Of a DNA stretch of 49,500 nt, positions 47,351-49,500 are shown piece after piece. Source of the DNA: Octopus bimaculoides (lineage: Eukaryota); the NCBI RefSeq assembly GCF_001194135.2, contig NC_068985.1:112333204-112382703 (forward strand), written 5' to 3'. Position 1 is the first letter of the stretch; each line of letters starts with the position of its first letter. The notes beneath the pieces were generated by a model. That model did not search any database. It had not been told where the DNA came from and saw nothing but the letters and a program-made list of their open reading frames with translations. The position numbers and the translations under genes are program-made.

Positions 47351-48518
47351 CCAAGGACAGGGTGGGGGCTGAGACATCAATATCTACCCCACATTTGATG
47401 GGGGAGGGGACGATTGTAAGAACCTTATTGTAAGGTCTTCTTTTTATAGGATTTGTGGGAGAGAAAGGAGACAAACAAAATCCCAAGTCAACATTAGTTA
47501 ATTGGTGTTTAACACACCTAGATTGTGATGGGCCAGGTATCATGCTTACTNNNNNNNNNNNNNNNNNNNNNNNNNNNNNNNNNNNNNNNNNNNNNNNNNN
47601 NNNNNNNNNNNNNNNNNNNNNNNNNNNNNNNNNNNNNNNNNNNNNNNNNNNNNNNNNNNNNNNNNNNNNNNNNNNNNNNNNNNNNNNNNNNNNNNNNNNN
47701 NNNNNNNNNNNNNNNNNNNNNNNNNNNNNNNNNNNNNNNNNNNNNNNNNNNNNNNNNNNNNNNNNNNNNNNNNNNNNNNNNNNNNNNNNNNNNNNNNNNN
47801 NNNNNNNNNNNNNNNNNNNNNNNNNNNNNNNNNNNNNNNNNNNNNNNNNNNNNNNNNNNNNNNNNNNNNNNNNNNNNNNNNNNNNNNNNNNNNNNNNNNN
47901 NNNNNNNNNNNNNNNNNNNNNNNNNNNNNNNNNNNNNNNNNNNNNNNNNNNNNNNNNNNNNNNNNNNNNNNNNNNNNNNNNNNNNNNNNNNNNNNNNNNN
48001 NNNNNNNNNNNNNNNNNNNNNNNNNNNNNNNNNNNNNNNNNNNNNNNNNNNNNNNNNNNNNNNNNNNNNNNNNNNNNNNNNNNNNNNNNNNNNNNNNNNN
48101 NNNNNNNNNNNNNNNNNNNNNNNNNNNNNNNNNNNNNNNNNNNNNNNNNNNNNNNNNNNNNNNNNNNNNNNNNNNNNNNNNNNNNNNNNNNNNNNNNNNN
48201 NNNNNNNNNNNNNNNNNNNNNNNNNNNNNNNNNNNNNNNNNNNNNNNNNNNNNNNNNNNNNNNNNNNNNNNNNNNNNNNNNNNNNNNNNNNNNNNNNNNN
48301 NNNNNNNNNNNNNNNNNNNNNNNNNNNNNNNNNNNNNNNNNNNNNNNNNNNNNNNNNNNNNNNNNNNNNNNNNNNNNNNNNNNNNNNNNNNNNNNNNNNN
48401 NNNNNNNNNATATTTATATTTTATACTGTCAAACTTAATTTAATATTAATTTTTAATAAATTGAATTTGATTGAGTTTTTACCTGTAAATTTGGATTTTT
48501 ATCCCTAATGATAATATT

Positions 48519-48550
<32 letters not shown>

Positions 48551-49096
48551 TATATACTTGGAAAAGGATGCGTGGCGTTCGATCATATAATAATATATAT
48601 ATAGCATAAAGGAACAGGGATTGGAAATCGAAGCTGATACCTTGTAAGCACTCTACATCAACTAAATGCACATTGAAGGACACTAGGACACTTATCCAAC
48701 AGAAACAGGTGTTGAATTAGAATTTAAGGGGAAAAATATTCTAATAAATACAATTTTAAAATGCATTAATGATGTCTTGATTATGTGTGTGTGTATGTGT
48801 AATATATATATATATATATACATATATATAAAATGGAAAATGGATGACCCATCCTGCATCAGTCCCTTGTAGGTGGGATACTGGACAACTGGTTGTTTTG
48901 CATCCACTATTACAGAATGCATCTCATCGGGTGTCTTATTTTAAATAAGATACCTAGCTAAATATACTCAGTTTCGCTTGGCATTTTGTAATAAACAGTT
49001 AAGTGTCAAAGTGCAAAACTCTCGACCCTTGAATCGCTCTGTCTTCTGCCCATTATTGATAATAAAATATCTCTCTTTCTCTCTCTCCACACACAC

Positions 49097-49137
<41 letters not shown>

Positions 49138-49147
49138 NNNNNNNNNN

Positions 49148-49200
49148 CCAAGGTGCCACACAGTGGGACTGAACCCGGAACCATGTAGTTGGTAAACGCA
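49148..49200 (-). mobile_element. SINE family A head fragment
   Basis: ccaaggtgccacacagtgggactgaacccggaaccatg. Confidence 0.8.
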
Positions 49201-49289
49201 TTTACATATACGTACATATACACATGCATATGTGCACACATGTATAGATATAAACATACATGTATATACACATGCATATGAGTACACAA

Positions 49290-49325
<36 letters not shown>

Positions 49326-49357
49326 TATATAAAAAGGGCATTAACTGTGTATCAATG

Positions 49358-49500
49358 CCTCACGCTATCGAGGGACTAAATAAGTAAAAAAACTACCAAA
49401 AATAAGCAACATATTTACCGAAAGCGAGGGAATGCAGCGGTAAATATGTTGCTTATTTTTGGTAGTTTTTAAACTTATTTAGTCCCTCGATAGCGTGAGG
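49358..49500. mobile_element. Long palindromic (foldback) element running off the window edge
   Basis: The 63-bp arms 49358-49420 and 49438-49500 are 61/63 complementary, with a 17-nt loop. Confidence 0.85.

Noticed and set aside
538-49341. Dozens of ORFs rich in VC/HT/YI/SL dipeptides or X runs
   Set aside because: They are translations of (TG)n, (CA)n, (TA)n and (GA)n microsatellites or of N-gaps, and have no coding signal.

Overview
Eukaryotic, AT-rich and repeat-saturated genomic DNA with about 5.7 kb of N-gaps in 15 blocks, typical of a short-read scaffold. The SINE repertoire and the very dense (TA)n/(CA)n/(GA)n/(GAT)n microsatellites resemble an octopod cephalopod (Octopus sp.). This is recognition from memory, not a database result. 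No intact gene is recognisable. Almost every ORF in the track is a translation of microsatellites, SINEs or N-runs. The window holds more than 40 copies or fragments of several tRNA-headed SINE families that share and swap modules; the letters A-J used here are working labels, not official names. It also holds three decayed Tc1/mariner derivatives (a rosa/DD41D-like remnant, a maT/DD37D-like remnant and a 200-bp mariner MITE), a non-autonomous Helitron, piggyBac-type MITEs, several minisatellites, a SINE-head-derived tandem array, and two palindromic elements with a shared AAGGGCATTA terminus. A few short plus-strand GT-AG exon candidates (33041-33076, 38554-38610, 42287-42373) suggest the window could be intronic to a large gene, but this is unproven.
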